Shown here: in pieces, positions 38,760-51,519 of the stretch
How positions within the stretch are numbered: position 1 is the first letter of the stretch
Layout of the letters: each line of letters opens with the position of its first letter
Source: Octopus sinensis
Taxonomy: Eukaryota
DNA: 64,000 nt
Direction of reading: 5' to 3'
NCBI RefSeq assembly: GCF_006345805.1
Contig: NC_043003.1
Location: 62,186,001 to 62,250,000, forward strand
Position numbers and translations under genes: made by a program
The notes under the pieces: generated by a model
Database searches by the model: none
Seen by the model: the letters and a program-made list of their open reading frames with translations, nothing else
What the model was told of the DNA's origin: nothing

Positions 38760-39294
38760 CATTTTGTATCTTATGTAAATTTATCTCTATTTTGTATCTT
38801 ATCTAAATTAACTATTGCTTAACCATTTTCTCACACTGTCTCCAATGAAATGATATAATAAATATCCTGGAAACAGCTGTAAGACCTATTTATAAATGTT
38901 CTAAAATCTTCACAGCCTTGGTTTTATTTATATCATTCTGAAAAAAAAAATTATATACATATTTCTTATTTTTCTTAATTACTCCTAGTCTGTAATATAA
39001 CTTCACAACAACAGAATCAGTCCCTTGCCATCCTTGCCCAACAGTTTAAACCTATGGCCACTATCAACATACTGTATTAAATCCAATAGAAACAGAATTC
39101 ATTTAATGAAATACTCCTTATAATAACATCTGACAAGACGCTTCTGCAGTGAGGGATGCACCACAACTAGTTGTATACTTATCCACCGGCAAGGATTGAT
39201 GCAGGATGTGTCAAAACAATCATTGTGAGCAATAAAGTTTCCCTTGTATTACATTTTCCATCTTTATCGTTTGTTATATTTGTGTATATATTGT

Positions 39295-39846
39295 GGCTGC
39301 CCCCTCATTATCGAGTATCGCCATTGCACAAAGATTAATCAATGATGTTATCGTGCAATGTCTGTGCAAGAAGATTTTTTTTAAAGTGAGGAAGGGCTGT
39401 GCACTGAGTCAATCCCACTCACTAAGCAATAGCAGCCATAATCCGAAACGAAGAACAACTCAACATCATTGGTAACCACTGAGCCACAGGTTTTATGTCG
39501 GAGTTATCCCAGTTACCTGAGTTATCTTCTCCTAGAAGGATGCCCTAACAAAGGCTTGGAGTCCTTCACTCCAATGGTTTAACCGTGCGATCGGATATTC
39601 AGTCCGATTATTTCTATGTCCTCGCGCATGATACAGCCTTAAGGCATTTATCAGATGGCCATTGACTCTCAAGAGTTCCTCCGCCCTTTGACGGGTTTTG
39701 TTTTTCATCCCGCAGGGTGTCCAATAAACACCCTCCTCACCAAGCAAGCTTGGGGGGGGGTTGCCAGTTTAGTCACCGATGACCCGACCATGCAACAGGT
39801 TGTACTGGGTTACATGTTACCAGTAGCACTCAAAAGTGACCTGTCA
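39295..39846 (-). mobile_element. CpG-retaining repeat resembling an RTE-LINE 5' UTR, without downstream ORF2
   Basis: GC and CpG content is higher than in the flanks. Several hairpins are present, and the motif GGGCATCCTTCTAGGAGAAGATAACTC...AAAACCTG resembles the TAGGAGAAGG-AAACTC motif of RTE 5' UTRs. The family assignment is inference. Confidence 0.5.
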
Positions 39847-39848
39847 TA

Positions 39849-39851
<3 letters not shown>

Positions 39852-39923
<72 letters not shown>
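39852..39923. repeat. Long pure (TA)n microsatellite
   Basis: Direct reading. Confidence 0.97.
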
Positions 39924-39924
<1 letters not shown>

Positions 39925-39926
<2 letters not shown>

Positions 39927-40520
39927 TAATCATCATCATTATCATTTAACATCTGTTTTCCATGCTGGCATGGGTTAGATGGTTTGACAGAAAACTGGAG
40001 ACCTGCACCAGGTTCTGAGCTGATTTGGTAAGGTTTCTAAAGCTGGATGCTCTTCCTAACACCAACCACTCTGAGAGTGTAGTTGATGTCTTTTACATGC
40101 CACCAGCTTGGGTGCCATTGACCTGACATCAACATCAGCCATGACTATGGTCTCACTTGACTTGACAGGTCTATGCAAACATAGTGTATCACCAAAAGTC
40201 TTGGTCACCTGTCACTGCCTCTATGAGGCCCAATGCTTGAATGGTGCTTTTTGCATGCCACCGGCATGGGCCATGACTATGATTCACTTGGCTTGACAGG
40301 TTTTCACATGCACAGCATATCACTCAAAGGTATCAGCCTTGACTATGATCTCACTTGGCTTGATAGGTCTTCTCAAGCACAGCATATCACCAAAGATCTT
40401 GGTCACTTGTCATTGCCTCTGTGAAGCCCAAAATTCTAAGATCGCACTTCAATATTTCGTCCCATATCTTCCTGGGTCTACCTTTTCTACAGGTTCCCTC
40501 AACCATTATAGTGTGACACT
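39925..40520 (-). mobile_element. RTE 3' fragment (family A)
   Basis: ORF 40387-40614 contains KCHTIMVEGTCRKGRPRKIWDEILKCDLRILGF. The conserved 3' end and (ATG)n tail lie at 39925-39945. Confidence 0.88.
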
Positions 40521-41399
40521 TCTGTGTGTGTGTGCACGCATGTGTGTGTGCACGCATGTGTGTGTGCATGTGTGTGTGTGTGCATGCGTGTGCATGCATG
40601 TGTATGTGCAGCATCTCCTATCCAATAGAAATGGTAGCTTTTAAGGACATTGATACTTAATTTCTTTTTAACTATATCACTGATTCTTCTCTAACCAGAC
40701 CATTTGTCATGAACCATTCAATATATCCTTTGTTCTGCAAGAAATAAGGCATTATTTTGTATTCTCGTACATAGTAAATTTCTGTTTTATTTTAATGGTG
40801 CCTGCCTAGCTCATACTGCAATACATGTGAAATGAACTGTAACTTCCTGACAGTTACTGGCAAAATTATTCATTTTTGCGGTATAATTTCTCAAGCATAC
40901 TGTTGTGATAATTGTTTACTGGCATTGTGAGAGACTCAAAGAATTCTATCAAAAAGATATCTTTCAAGTTGTTAAATTTTGGTCCTAAGTCATCTTTGAT
41001 TAAACAGACCTATGATCAGTAGTGTTCCAACCATATCCACCCTCTTGGTACAGTGCAGTTAGTACCACATTATTCAATCCATCTTCCTTTTCTATGACAA
41101 TAGGTTGTGATTTGGGGGAGATTTGGCTGCTATATCTACCAGCTCATGTAACCATGCAGAAATCATCTCTTTGTCAAGTAAAAATGCATGATATCTTAGT
41201 TTAATCAATTCAGGAACTCAGTACTATCTTCTCAGTGCAATCCATTTTGATGTACTTAGTAGATGTACCGAGAAATTGAAGCGTGTGCACTATTCAGAGA
41301 TAGCAAATAAGAAAAAATGATATGTCTAGTGTGAGAGGTGATTGTAATCAAAGTATTGTTACAAGGATAAGAAAGAGTGTACAGAGCATGTAATGTTCT

Positions 41400-42480
41400 C
41401 TCTTACTTAGGTACTTACTTCGATAAGTTTCAGTCAGAATTGGCCCTGGTCATGACTAACTTAATAGCACCACCTGGAAAAAACTTAATGATATTCCATA
41501 TTACAGTCCTTCTTTGGGCATCATAGCCCATTTGAGTGAAGAATTATGACTGCTGAATATATCTGGGTTTAGATGGTTTCTTTGGAATTTTTTGGAGGTA
41601 TTCATTCAGGAATAGTCTGAATGTTATGAGATCTTTTTCTTTTCTTTTGCAGCTTGGCATGATGTTAAAGAGAGTAGGATCATTGAGGTCAAATAGTTCT
41701 GTTTCAGTGTTGTGATGGGAAATGAGCATGATTTTTGTAGAGGACTGATGGCTTGGAGAGTTTTGAAGTCGATGCCAACATCAATTGAGCAATGCTGGAA
41801 TATTTCCAACGTGATACAAATGATATAATGCTCATTGTGGTGTTGGAGGGAATCAGATTTGAGCTTCTTGAGCTAATCCCTGTGATCAAGACCTGTCCTG
41901 TCTATTGATCTCTGAGGTGCTTCAATTTTTATGATATTGTTTTGTTGTAGGGAGACCACAGCATATGACAATATTGAAGTAGGGATAGATGAAAGTAGAG
42001 CAGAAAAGGATAACGACAGGAGTGTCTCTAAACTTGGAAGTGCTGAGGATCAGGAGTACACCCTGCAGGCTATGTCAGCTTTGCTGCTTGTGTGGAAACT
42101 CCAGCTTAGGTTGATGTTGACAGGTACTTCAAGATCCCTACAATATATGATGCCATAAGGGTTCCTCTGCAAAGACAGGTAATATAAATCATAGTAGAAG
42201 TGCAATACTACCTTGGGTTTTGAATGCATGACCATTTGCAGTAATATGAGAGAAAAATAAGTTCAGTATGATCTATAGAATGGGAAATGCCAACCTGCAT
42301 GAATACCAAAGCACAAAGGAATTCCCAACAGTTAAAGCCAGGAAAGGTGACTGTGCTATTATAGATATGTTATACAAATGGGTAACATCTGCTGAGTGAA
42401 AAGGTGTTGCATATTGCAAGAAAAAGATATTTATAGTGAGAGAAAATATGGTAAGGCATGGTGAAGTTTGATCCCACAAT
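41400..42480 (-). mobile_element. CR1/L2-like LINE 3' fragment (RT C-terminal region)
   Basis: Decayed frames read DLEVPVNINLSWSFH, WSPYNKTIS*KLKHLRDQ and ITFRLFLNEYLQKIPKKPSKPRYI. These correspond to the CR1-type DLG...LSW..H, WSP...IE..QR and F...LD..L..IPD.P motifs. Confidence 0.75.
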
Positions 42481-45400
42481 GTTGAATTTCTCAGTCAAAG
42501 AAAATACAATGGTGAAAAGAAGACAAATCTGCTGTATAACAAAAGTTAATACAAGTGTTATGTTGGTGCAAGAATTTTGTCTTGGAGACAGATGAAAAAT
42601 GTTTCAAGAGCTTACTGATCAGCAACATAACCTTTAAATCAAAATCAAAACTTTTAAGCTGAAGGTTTTTTTAATACTTGTAAGTATACAGAAAGAAAGT
42701 AAAAGACAGAAAAATCAAGTTTTATAAATGAAATTATCTTTGAATATTTTGATTAATACATGTAAAAATTCAAATCTATATTAAATAGTAACTCCTGTAA
42801 AAGATTGCATTAAATTATACCAATCATTAGTTGAATTTAATTACTTTAATCTGGAAGAAATAGTTAATTTTATAAAGACTCCTTTTGAACAGTTTCAACT
42901 CGGTTCCTTTATGTTATCAAAGTTTCTTGAAAATATTTCTATCAATATGCATAAAATTTATATTAAAATCAAATTTTTAATTATTATATATCAGGTATTT
43001 GGCTTCTACAATGAAAACATTAAAATAACTGGGTTAAACATTAACCTTTTTGGTTAGTTTTATAAAAGACTGGTTTATTTGAAATAAAAAGACTAATTCA
43101 AATCAGAATAGAATCCTCTTTCACATTCATCTTTTAAGTATAATTTTATTTGGCTTCATTTTCACTCCATTTTTAATTTTAGCATATATTTATTTTTTTT
43201 CATTGAAAATTTCTTTTGATTCCTACTCTGAAGGAAATTGATTTCTTGAAATATTATCTTCCTTAGCATATTGATCTTAAATTTCTGTAAAGCTATACAC
43301 TATAGACATTTTCAAGAAGATAATGCCATACTTGAGAATTTGTGAAAGTAAATAAATCCCTTGCCAAACAAGTATAACAAAAGGGGAAAAATTTACCATA
43401 ATTTAATCTATCACAAACCCCTAATCTGTTGAATACAGTTTTCTCAACAAGAGAAAAGATGGGAAGAGTTATAATCCTTTTTAAATTACTTTTTCTGAAA
43501 ATGAATGAATAACATTACCTTTAATTAAAAAAAGGAAAAATATATCATACATTAAATATTAACCAGTAAAGAGTTTAGATATAATTCAGTTTTCATTTAT
43601 TAAATTAACTCATATACTTATATTGAATCCATGCATTTATTTATTATTAACTGAGTTATGCTCTATTTATTTGTTAAATAGTTGATCTTTTCATTCAAAC
43701 AGGTTATATGAAAACTTCTGTGGTATTTTGATATAAACAATATAACTGAAATTTAATTTCTAATGCTGTTAGGAATTAAATAATTAGTTAATAATTTGAT
43801 TGAAAACTTATTAAAATGTGCTATGAAGAAATTATAAAAATAAATCAAGTTTTTCTAAGTTGCCCTCTTTTAATTCATATTGGTCAAAAATTCACATTGA
43901 TCTTTTCCTAACAACAAAATCTGTTCTAACAAAAATCAATGCTTTTATGAATTAATTAATTTATTCATAACTTAATAAATCTGAGATAACATACAAACTA
44001 TTCTATCTCTACTCTTAGGCATCTCTACTGGTCTATTTTTTTTTTTTTTGAGGATATATTATTGCTAGAGTAGTCTGATAGTTTTCTGCACTCTGAAGCT
44101 GCTTGTATTATTAGATGATTAGTATCAGTGTAAAATTCTTTCACAGCTTTTGTCTGTAGATTTTCTATGAAATTGTGATTAATTCACAAATTTTCTCTTT
44201 ATTTAGTCCAAGGATGAAGGACAGAGCTGTAAGCCTATTGCAGTATGGATTCTTCAAGTTTAGGCAGCTAGCAGGAGGCCTAGCGGTAGGCCAAGAATGA
44301 AATGGTTGGATAATATCTATAGCCTTAGTTGGTCATATTGAGAGATCCAACCAGAAAAAAAAATCTAATGATGGTTAATTCTGATAGGATCCTATGGAGG
44401 AGATACCTTAGAATGCTTCTCCTGTGAGCTGTCCAGGGACAGTGGGTAGACAAGATAGATGGACTTACTGCTGTTTGAGAGGAAAACATAAGAAAAACAG
44501 GTGGTTTCAAAGTTGGTAGTTATGATACTTGAGAATGCTTATGGTTTCATTGAGAGTGGCTGCAGAGGTAATAGTAGTAGTGATAGAAAAGACAGAATAT
44601 AAAGGAGAACAACTCAGAAATGGGGGAAAATAATTTATGACCATGAGAAAGTGAAATTTTCTCTGTTAGGTAAGTAGAAGTCGTCTAGGTGTGAATTTTC
44701 ACAGTAGGTGTAACATCCTCGGTGAGGGAACAGTATTCTAACATAAATTTAACTTCCACCTTGTATAAAGATTTATATTGAAGTATTTTCTGCATTTAGA
44801 AAGGAATCAGCTTTTATTATGTGATATTGGCTGTGTGCTTTGTGTAGTTATGTGAAGCCATATAAGATGTAGATACTAACATTTTTAGGGGGCATATTAG
44901 TATTGTTTATGAGTAGGGAGGGCATAGTTTCACAGGTTTCCATGAGACATATGTCCATATTTGGAATGAGATTGGGTTGCCATGGTCCTATTTCAGAATT
45001 AAAAAAAAGTCTCTGCTCATGGAGGACATTCAGTTTTCTGAACAATTTAATAGCATCACTGAAAGGTCAAAGAAAGCCTGTTATATATCAAACCTACATT
45101 TGACATACATAAAATTTCTTTACAAAATGTTCAACTTTCCTTAAATACTGCCTTGCTATTGGTTTAATTAATATCAGTGTCTTGTCTCATATTTTTCATA
45201 CTTTGTTTTGGTATGTCCGTTTATATAAAGATTGTGATTATATTATATAATATGTTGAATTCTCTGAATATTGATTGAGTATTTAAAAATCATATATCAT
45301 AAATACTTCATTAAGGTCATTTAGATACATTGCTAGCTTATAATTCATCAATTTTAATAACCCACTATTTTCTTTATAACAGTAATGATGTTATGATTGG

Positions 45401-46507
45401 AAGAGTACATTTTTCTCTAAACGAAATGTACTTTGATACCAAAAATGTCTTTCGACAGCCTTGAGAATTCAGAGCTAAATTACCAAATATTGTTACATGC
45501 ATTTTAAGCTATACCAAAAATAGCCATATAGTAGGAAGAAAACTCAATAAAACAGTGTTGGTGGCAGTGTGAGTTATAATATGCAAAGAGAGTGAATCAA
45601 ACATTGACGACGTTATGCATCATATGCACCAAAAGAAAAGTTGTCCACTAGCTTATATTCTTTAATATATTCCAATCACCAGTCCATCATTGAGTTATTT
45701 TCTTTCTGTATCAATTCTATCAATAATTTATCTCATCCACCACTCTTGTTTCTATGAACTTGCTGACTTTATACTACTGTACCTAAACCCATTTAATGAA
45801 TCTATCTCTCTTCATACTGTTCACTCAATATGATTCACCTATAACATGCTATTCTAAATACTTTGCCAGTCTTTCATCCTAGATTGACACTTGCTTAGAA
45901 TTCTCTTTCCTCTCACAATTTCCATTCTACTACTAACCTGAAAATAGAATATTAATGGCAATAACCTTACTGATTTACCTCTATTCAGTGTAATGAGTAA
46001 GTCTTTGTATGGCCATTCGTCTTGCTAGAAATAGTAGGGAAACCTCTCTAAGCTCAAGCACAGCTGTGTAGTTAGTTAGGAAGTTTGCTTCTCAACAATT
46101 TTGTGAGTTTGATCCCACTTAGGTATGTTTCTTCTATCATAGCTTGAGGTTAACCTGTGCTTTGTGAGCAGAATTTAGGCGCTGAAAAGTATTGGAAATT
46201 ATGCTGAGTCTTGTGTGTGTGTGTGTGTGTGTTTTAGTGATAGATGTAATCGTTGATAAAAAAATGCTAAACTGGTGCTTTACAATTAAAATCCTTTTGT
46301 GATATTTATTCTAAGCAACTTCTGCAATCTCTTGTCCTTCTTACCATGTAAAACAAGGATTCAATGGCTGGTCCTTTGGAAACCTGTCACCAACACTACT
46401 TTTCTCAAAATGCATGATATAAAATAAAGTACACTGACTTAAAATTGGAAGAACACTTTGGACAATGTAGTCACACACACACACACACACTTGTGTGTGT
46501 GTATGGA

Positions 46508-46962
46508 CAGGGTGTTTGGGGTAATTTTGATAGTTTGCATAAAAGGAAAAGAAAGCACAATACCTGATCCAAAAATAAAAGTATTTTATAAAATCAAAAA
46601 TTTCAACTAGGTTATGGATGGGGGATAATAGTTTACACAAAGTACATGCCCTCAGCTTCCACCACAGCTTCAAGATGACTCTGGGACCTGGCCTGTGGAT
46701 TCCTCACCGTTTCTCTGGGGAGATCTTCAAACACTCCCTTGATCTATGCTATCAGCTTGGTCTTGATGTTGAAAACAGCAGTTAGGTGTTTTTCCCAACT
46801 ATACCCCGTACATAATAATCTATGAGATTACAATTAGGGAAACTAGGTGGCCAGAAATTCTATGACAACCACTTCAAACTCTATCCAGAGGTACAGCAAG
46901 GAGCCAAATCCTGCTGCCACACATATAGCCTTCCAGCAGTAACCCTCTCTAGTCAGGATTTG
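46508..46962 (-). mobile_element. Tc1/mariner DD37D (maT-like) 3' fragment with one TIR
   Basis: Reads YVWQQDLAPCCTSG...WLS*NFWPPSSPNCNLIDYYV, with a decayed C-terminal helix region. The terminus CAGGGTG at 46508 is similar to the 62580-63444 element ends. Confidence 0.8.
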
Positions 46963-47384
46963 ACTACAATTTACAGCAGCTTCACATAGCCATATGAATT
47001 GAGCATAAGGCCCTGTTCAAAGATGTAAGGATGAATTCCAATGTGCACACACTGTCAGAATACCCGCTGTGTTCCTTATTGATGGTCACAACTTTGTAGT
47101 CTCTGTTGCAGCAGTCCATGATATAGCTTACAGCTATTACAGTATCCATAGAGCATTGGGCAATAGTCATGATGTTGGTATTTTGATACCCAGCACTAAT
47201 CTTGATACAAGTAACACTTTTCCAGTATTCAGATATCTTCCAGTCCTCCATGTCAGCTTCTTCTCAACTACAACTTTAATCTTTATGCTCTCCTAATGTT
47301 ACCAATACATGAAGCTGTTCCTGGAAAATGCAGGCAAAAAATTTTCAAATTTCGTTTGAACACTCTGTGTATGTGTATATCACC

Positions 47385-47830
47385 ATCATCATCATCATAA
47401 TCATCATCATCATCATTTAATGTCCCTCTTCCATGCATGCATGGGTAGGATGGTTTGCAGGGGCTGGCCAGATAAAAAGTCTACCCTATGCTACTGTGTC
47501 TATTTTGGCAGGGTTTTTATTGCTAGGTGCTCTTCCTAGCATCTGCAGTGAACTCCGGCTAGGTTAGTTTTGGCATGATTTTTACAGCTGGATACCATTC
47601 CAAATGCCGACCACTTTACAATGTGGACTGGATGCATTGGCAGGGTCACCAAGTAACTCGCAAAACAAGGAATTATGAGAGGGACAGAGGCATTTGAGGA
47701 GAGGAACTTGTGTCAGGGGATGACAAAGAGACAGAGGTAGAAACAAGTGTCTTGCTATAATGGAGGGGGTTATTGGAGGAGGTGTTTCAATATCAGCTGA
47801 TGAAAGGTTAGAGTGTGACAGAGAAATATA
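47385..47830 (-). mobile_element. RTE family B 3' terminus
   Basis: (ATC)n tail, TTTTACAGCTGGATACCATTCCAAATGCCGACCAC, and the family B purine block. Confidence 0.7.
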
Positions 47831-48261
47831 TATATATATATATATAAATACTCACACACACAAAAGTGGGGATAGTTGTTGCTGGAATGCCTTTGGATCA
47901 GGGATGACACAGAGCTAAATAATAATAATCTTTATACATAACCTTGTATTCTCATATTTGGTATACCAAAGCTATTGCTGTTGTATTCCTTTACAGATAA
48001 ATCAATTAAAAGAATTGTTTCAAATGTAATTTTAAAATGAATAAAACCTTAAAGGACTATTTGATAAATTTTGAAGAAAATATTTTTACAATAAGCTCAG
48101 GTTAAATGTATTATTGATTGATTGATACTAAATTATGGAAAGGCATAATATTGTCATTACCAGAGTTTGTTTGGTATGAATTAAAGTTATAAGACTTAAT
48201 TTTAATCCTTCATCCTTTTAAAACTAGAATATGCATCCAAAAAATTAAGAATTGTACATTG

Positions 48262-48535
48262 ATCATCATTGTTTAGCATCCGTTTTCTATGCTGGCATGT
48301 GTTTGATGGTTTGACTGGGGACTGGGAAGCCAGTAGGCTGCACCAGGCTCCAATCTGATCTACTAAGGTTTCTACAGCTGGATGCCCTTCCTAAAGTCAG
48401 CCACTCCAAGTGTAGTGGGTGCTTTTTACATGCTACTGGCATGGGAGCCAGTCAGGCAGCACTGGCATCAACCATTTCAGATGGTGCTTTTTATTTGCCA
48501 CCGGCACAGGAACCAGTCGGTGGGGGCGGGGGTCT
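48262..48535 (-). mobile_element. RTE 3' terminus (family A)
   Basis: GTTTCTACAGCTGGATGCCCTTCCTAA...GTAGTGGGTGCTTTTTACATGC plus two UTR units. Confidence 0.8.
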
Positions 48536-49955
48536 GGCATAATAAATTTTCAAAATTATTTAATAAACCTTTACATTCCTTTATAGTTTCAGCTTTGATT
48601 ACTATCTCACTTATTGAACCAACAAAAATACTTTTATGTGGTTGCTTGTTCTGCTAGAAACAGATTGACTAATGTAGCTCCAAAGTACAGTGGTTGAAAA
48701 TAAAGTACAACATAGTAATGGCTGGAATGCCTCCATCATAGACATATTGGATCAGAAATGACTAGAGGTTAAACATTATTAGCACCTAGATAACAAAGAT
48801 TGTCAGTCTGATGATATATAAGCTATGACTTTCACTCACATTCAAGGATGACTCAAATGGTTCTAGGTTCTATTGTAGTTGTGACCAGACATAGGCCCAG
48901 TGACACATCAAGGCTGTGGCAGTTAGAGAAAGAGAGGTGCCACATAAGCAATGGGCTGGTATTTTACTGACCTCCAAAAATATGAAATGCAATGTTGAGC
49001 ACATTGCAATTATAATTCAGAATGCAATGAGCTGGAGCAAATATCGTAATGCATTTTATTTGAAGCTCTCGTGTCTTTTTGTTAATTAGCAATCTAGTGT
49101 TATTATGCTAATGAAATTGATTTATCATTTTTTCTAGAAATACATTTTTTACTGATTATATTCTTTAGAAAAGAAACTTGTTCATTTGATCTAATTTTGT
49201 GGTATTTATAATATATATGGCTAGGAAAAAAATTGATATATAAGTAAAATTTGGAGAAACCCTAAGGGAAATAACAAATTCTGGTATCTCTACAATATAG
49301 AAATTGAGGGTAAACATCTGAATAGAATAATAATTTCTCTAATATAAGTAAATTTTATCATTTCCTAAACTTCATAAACAGAGATTTAAAAATCAATATT
49401 CATTATAAGGAGTAAGCAGAATACAAACAGACTAAGAGTCTGAATTGGAGAAAAGATTCTTAATAGGTATTGGCAGATGGTTTCATTCTGAGAGTATAAT
49501 TTACTGTGCATCTTTTCCCATAACTATCCCTCATTAGTACTACTAAGTAAAGATTAGAAAGTTTTCTGAGTTAAAATTCGAAGTGGTTTGACCAATAGGA
49601 AGCAACCATACTGTTTGATATATATGTACTTGCTTTTGATATATTTTCTTTCGTACATCTTTCTGTCCATTTTCCCATGCTAGCATGAGTTAAGTGGATA
49701 TGTTACTGTAGTGTTGTTTTGCAGCTGGATATCATCCCTGTTGCTAAGCCAAGGCTATCTTTCACATAAAGGATCTCTTATTTCTTGTGGCTTCCAATGG
49801 GTGAAGCAAACACAAAAGTAAACAAATGCATTGACACACACTAACACAAATTGTGATCTGAGGGTAGCCTGTCTTCCATATGAACTCTTTATAAAAATCT
49901 AACTCCTTACACTTAGTTTTGCAGTCTTTCTTAACTGAACTGAAACAATGATATA

Positions 49956-50171
49956 CAAGAAGTTGCTGAAAAGTTGCTGGCTTTAAGGGTATCATAAAAG
50001 GCCTGGTTGGAGCCCAACTTTCCAAGTTCTTCTACCAGGCTTAGGAAAACTGAAGGACTGCTGCAATAAATGTGTGAATGTGAGAGGGGAATATGTTGAA
50101 TAAAATCATAATTAACTGATCTTCCTGTATTTTCTTTTACTCAAAGCCTGAAACTTTTCAGCAACTCCTTG
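49956..50171 (+). mobile_element. mariner-derived MITE, 216 bp
   Basis: TIRs CAAGAAGTTGCTGAAAAGTTGCTGGCTTT and (reverse complement) CAAGGAGTTGCTGAAAAGTTTCAGGCTTT, with TA on the left. Internal CCNKCVNVRGEYVE* resembles a mariner transposase C-terminus. Confidence 0.85.
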
Positions 50172-50894
50172 CATTAGCTAAGAACAATTCCTCACAATAA
50201 ATATAATCAAACCAGTAATTGCAACATAATGGACACAAGCTTCTTTTATCAAACTGGGAAAATTGCCTCCATTATCCTTTTCTTTTCAACCTCCACCCAT
50301 AAACATACTTTCTGCTTTTGCTCTGTCCTTCCTCCTACAAATACATACCTTCTCTTTCTTAAAACTAGTTTCTATTTTTGAAATTGTATTCTCTTCATCA
50401 TTCTCTGGGATTTGTAAACTAAGTTGCTTTTTTTTAAAATCATGACTAAACATGGGAATTTATAAACTGTATCCCCAAAACCTTCCCAAGTCACTTTCTT
50501 CTACTATCAGCTTGAGATATTTGTTAACAAATCTTTTGTGGCAATGTTGATAAACAAGTTTACATTTGATAAGAAGATACTCCATATTAGAACAATCTAT
50601 TTCTGTTACGCAAGCAAAATACATTAATTTAAGATTTATAAAGTAAACTTAATGTGTTTAAGGAAAAGTATTTTATGTATTGTCATTTAAATAAGTATTG
50701 AATGTACCTTGTGTTTTCATAACTCCTTACTTTATCCTCAATGTAATATCTAATACTTTATTGTGTGTAAGTGTGAAGGAAAGCCTCTCTCTATGTCATA
50801 AAGAAGAGCCATAGTTGCTTCTAAATTTCAGATTTGTTTATTATTTATTTATTGTCATCATTTTAAATGTCATGCCCATCTTAAAGTTCTGGAA

Positions 50895-51240
50895 CTTAGT
50901 GAAATCAGAGGTATTGCTTTCAGTCATGTTTGTTTGTTTGTCTGTGGACAAGATATCTCAAGAACCAATTCTGGTGAAACTTTCAGGGATGTTTGGCCTT
51001 GTGACTGGCATGAACTGATTCAATTCTGGGATTGATCCAGTACCGGACAAGGGTTCTGGATTATTTTTCCTGATTTTTACTTAACTTTTGAGAGTGGTTG
51101 TTTTCATTTTTAGTATTCTTGTTTGTGAGAGCAGTCGAGTTTATTTCAGATATTCTCATTTTAAAAATCATCTCTGGCTGATTGTTGTGAGGATGTTGGT
51201 GTTGCCTTAGCTGAGGTTTGTGCTCTCTGAGTGCTCTTGC
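50895..51240 (+). mobile_element. Non-autonomous Helentron-associated (HINE/DINE-1-like) element
   Basis: (GTTT)n/(GTCT) microsatellite core, AAGATATCTCAAGAAC...GAAACTTTCAGG, a 3' subterminal CTTAGCTGAGGT (decayed CTTGGCGGAGGT) and a short terminal hairpin GTGCTC-TCT-GAGTGC. The 5' subTIR is missing. Confidence 0.55.
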
Positions 51241-51261
51241 TTAAGATTTTGCTTTGGTTGT

Positions 51262-51510
51262 GTTGTACTCTGGTCTAACCATAGCCTTGTGAAGGGATTT
51301 GGTTGAAGAAAGCTTGTTATATACACATACATGTACACACACACACACACACACTCTCGCATTTACACTCACACACTCTCTCACATTTACATATACACAC
51401 ACACATGCATGTGTATGCTTGTGTGAGTGGGTCTGTATGTCCCTGATCACATGTGTTTGTTCACTGGTTGTAAACATCAGCCTCACAATGGTGTGACTTG
51501 CTTGCAATCC
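51262..51510 (+). mobile_element. Degenerate SINE body
   Basis: CCATAGCCTTGTGAAGGGATTTGGTTGAAGAAAGC followed by a (CA)/(TG) tract, homologous to the SINE core. Confidence 0.5.
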
Positions 51511-51519
51511 AACATGAAA

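Noticed and set aside
39740-39846. HDV-like or twister ribozyme annotation
   Set aside because: HDV model: P1, a 3-bp P3 and a CUAA J4/2-like motif can be drawn, but no P2 pairing exists and L3 lacks the conserved U/G. Twister model: the P1 partner and GAG motif are missing. It is kept only as an unassigned structured RNA hypothesis.
44200-44600. Possible CR1 endonuclease remnant (FFLVGSLNM ~ L.GDFN.P), and similar traces at 45630-45940
   Set aside because: Only one weak motif each, too decayed to support a feature.
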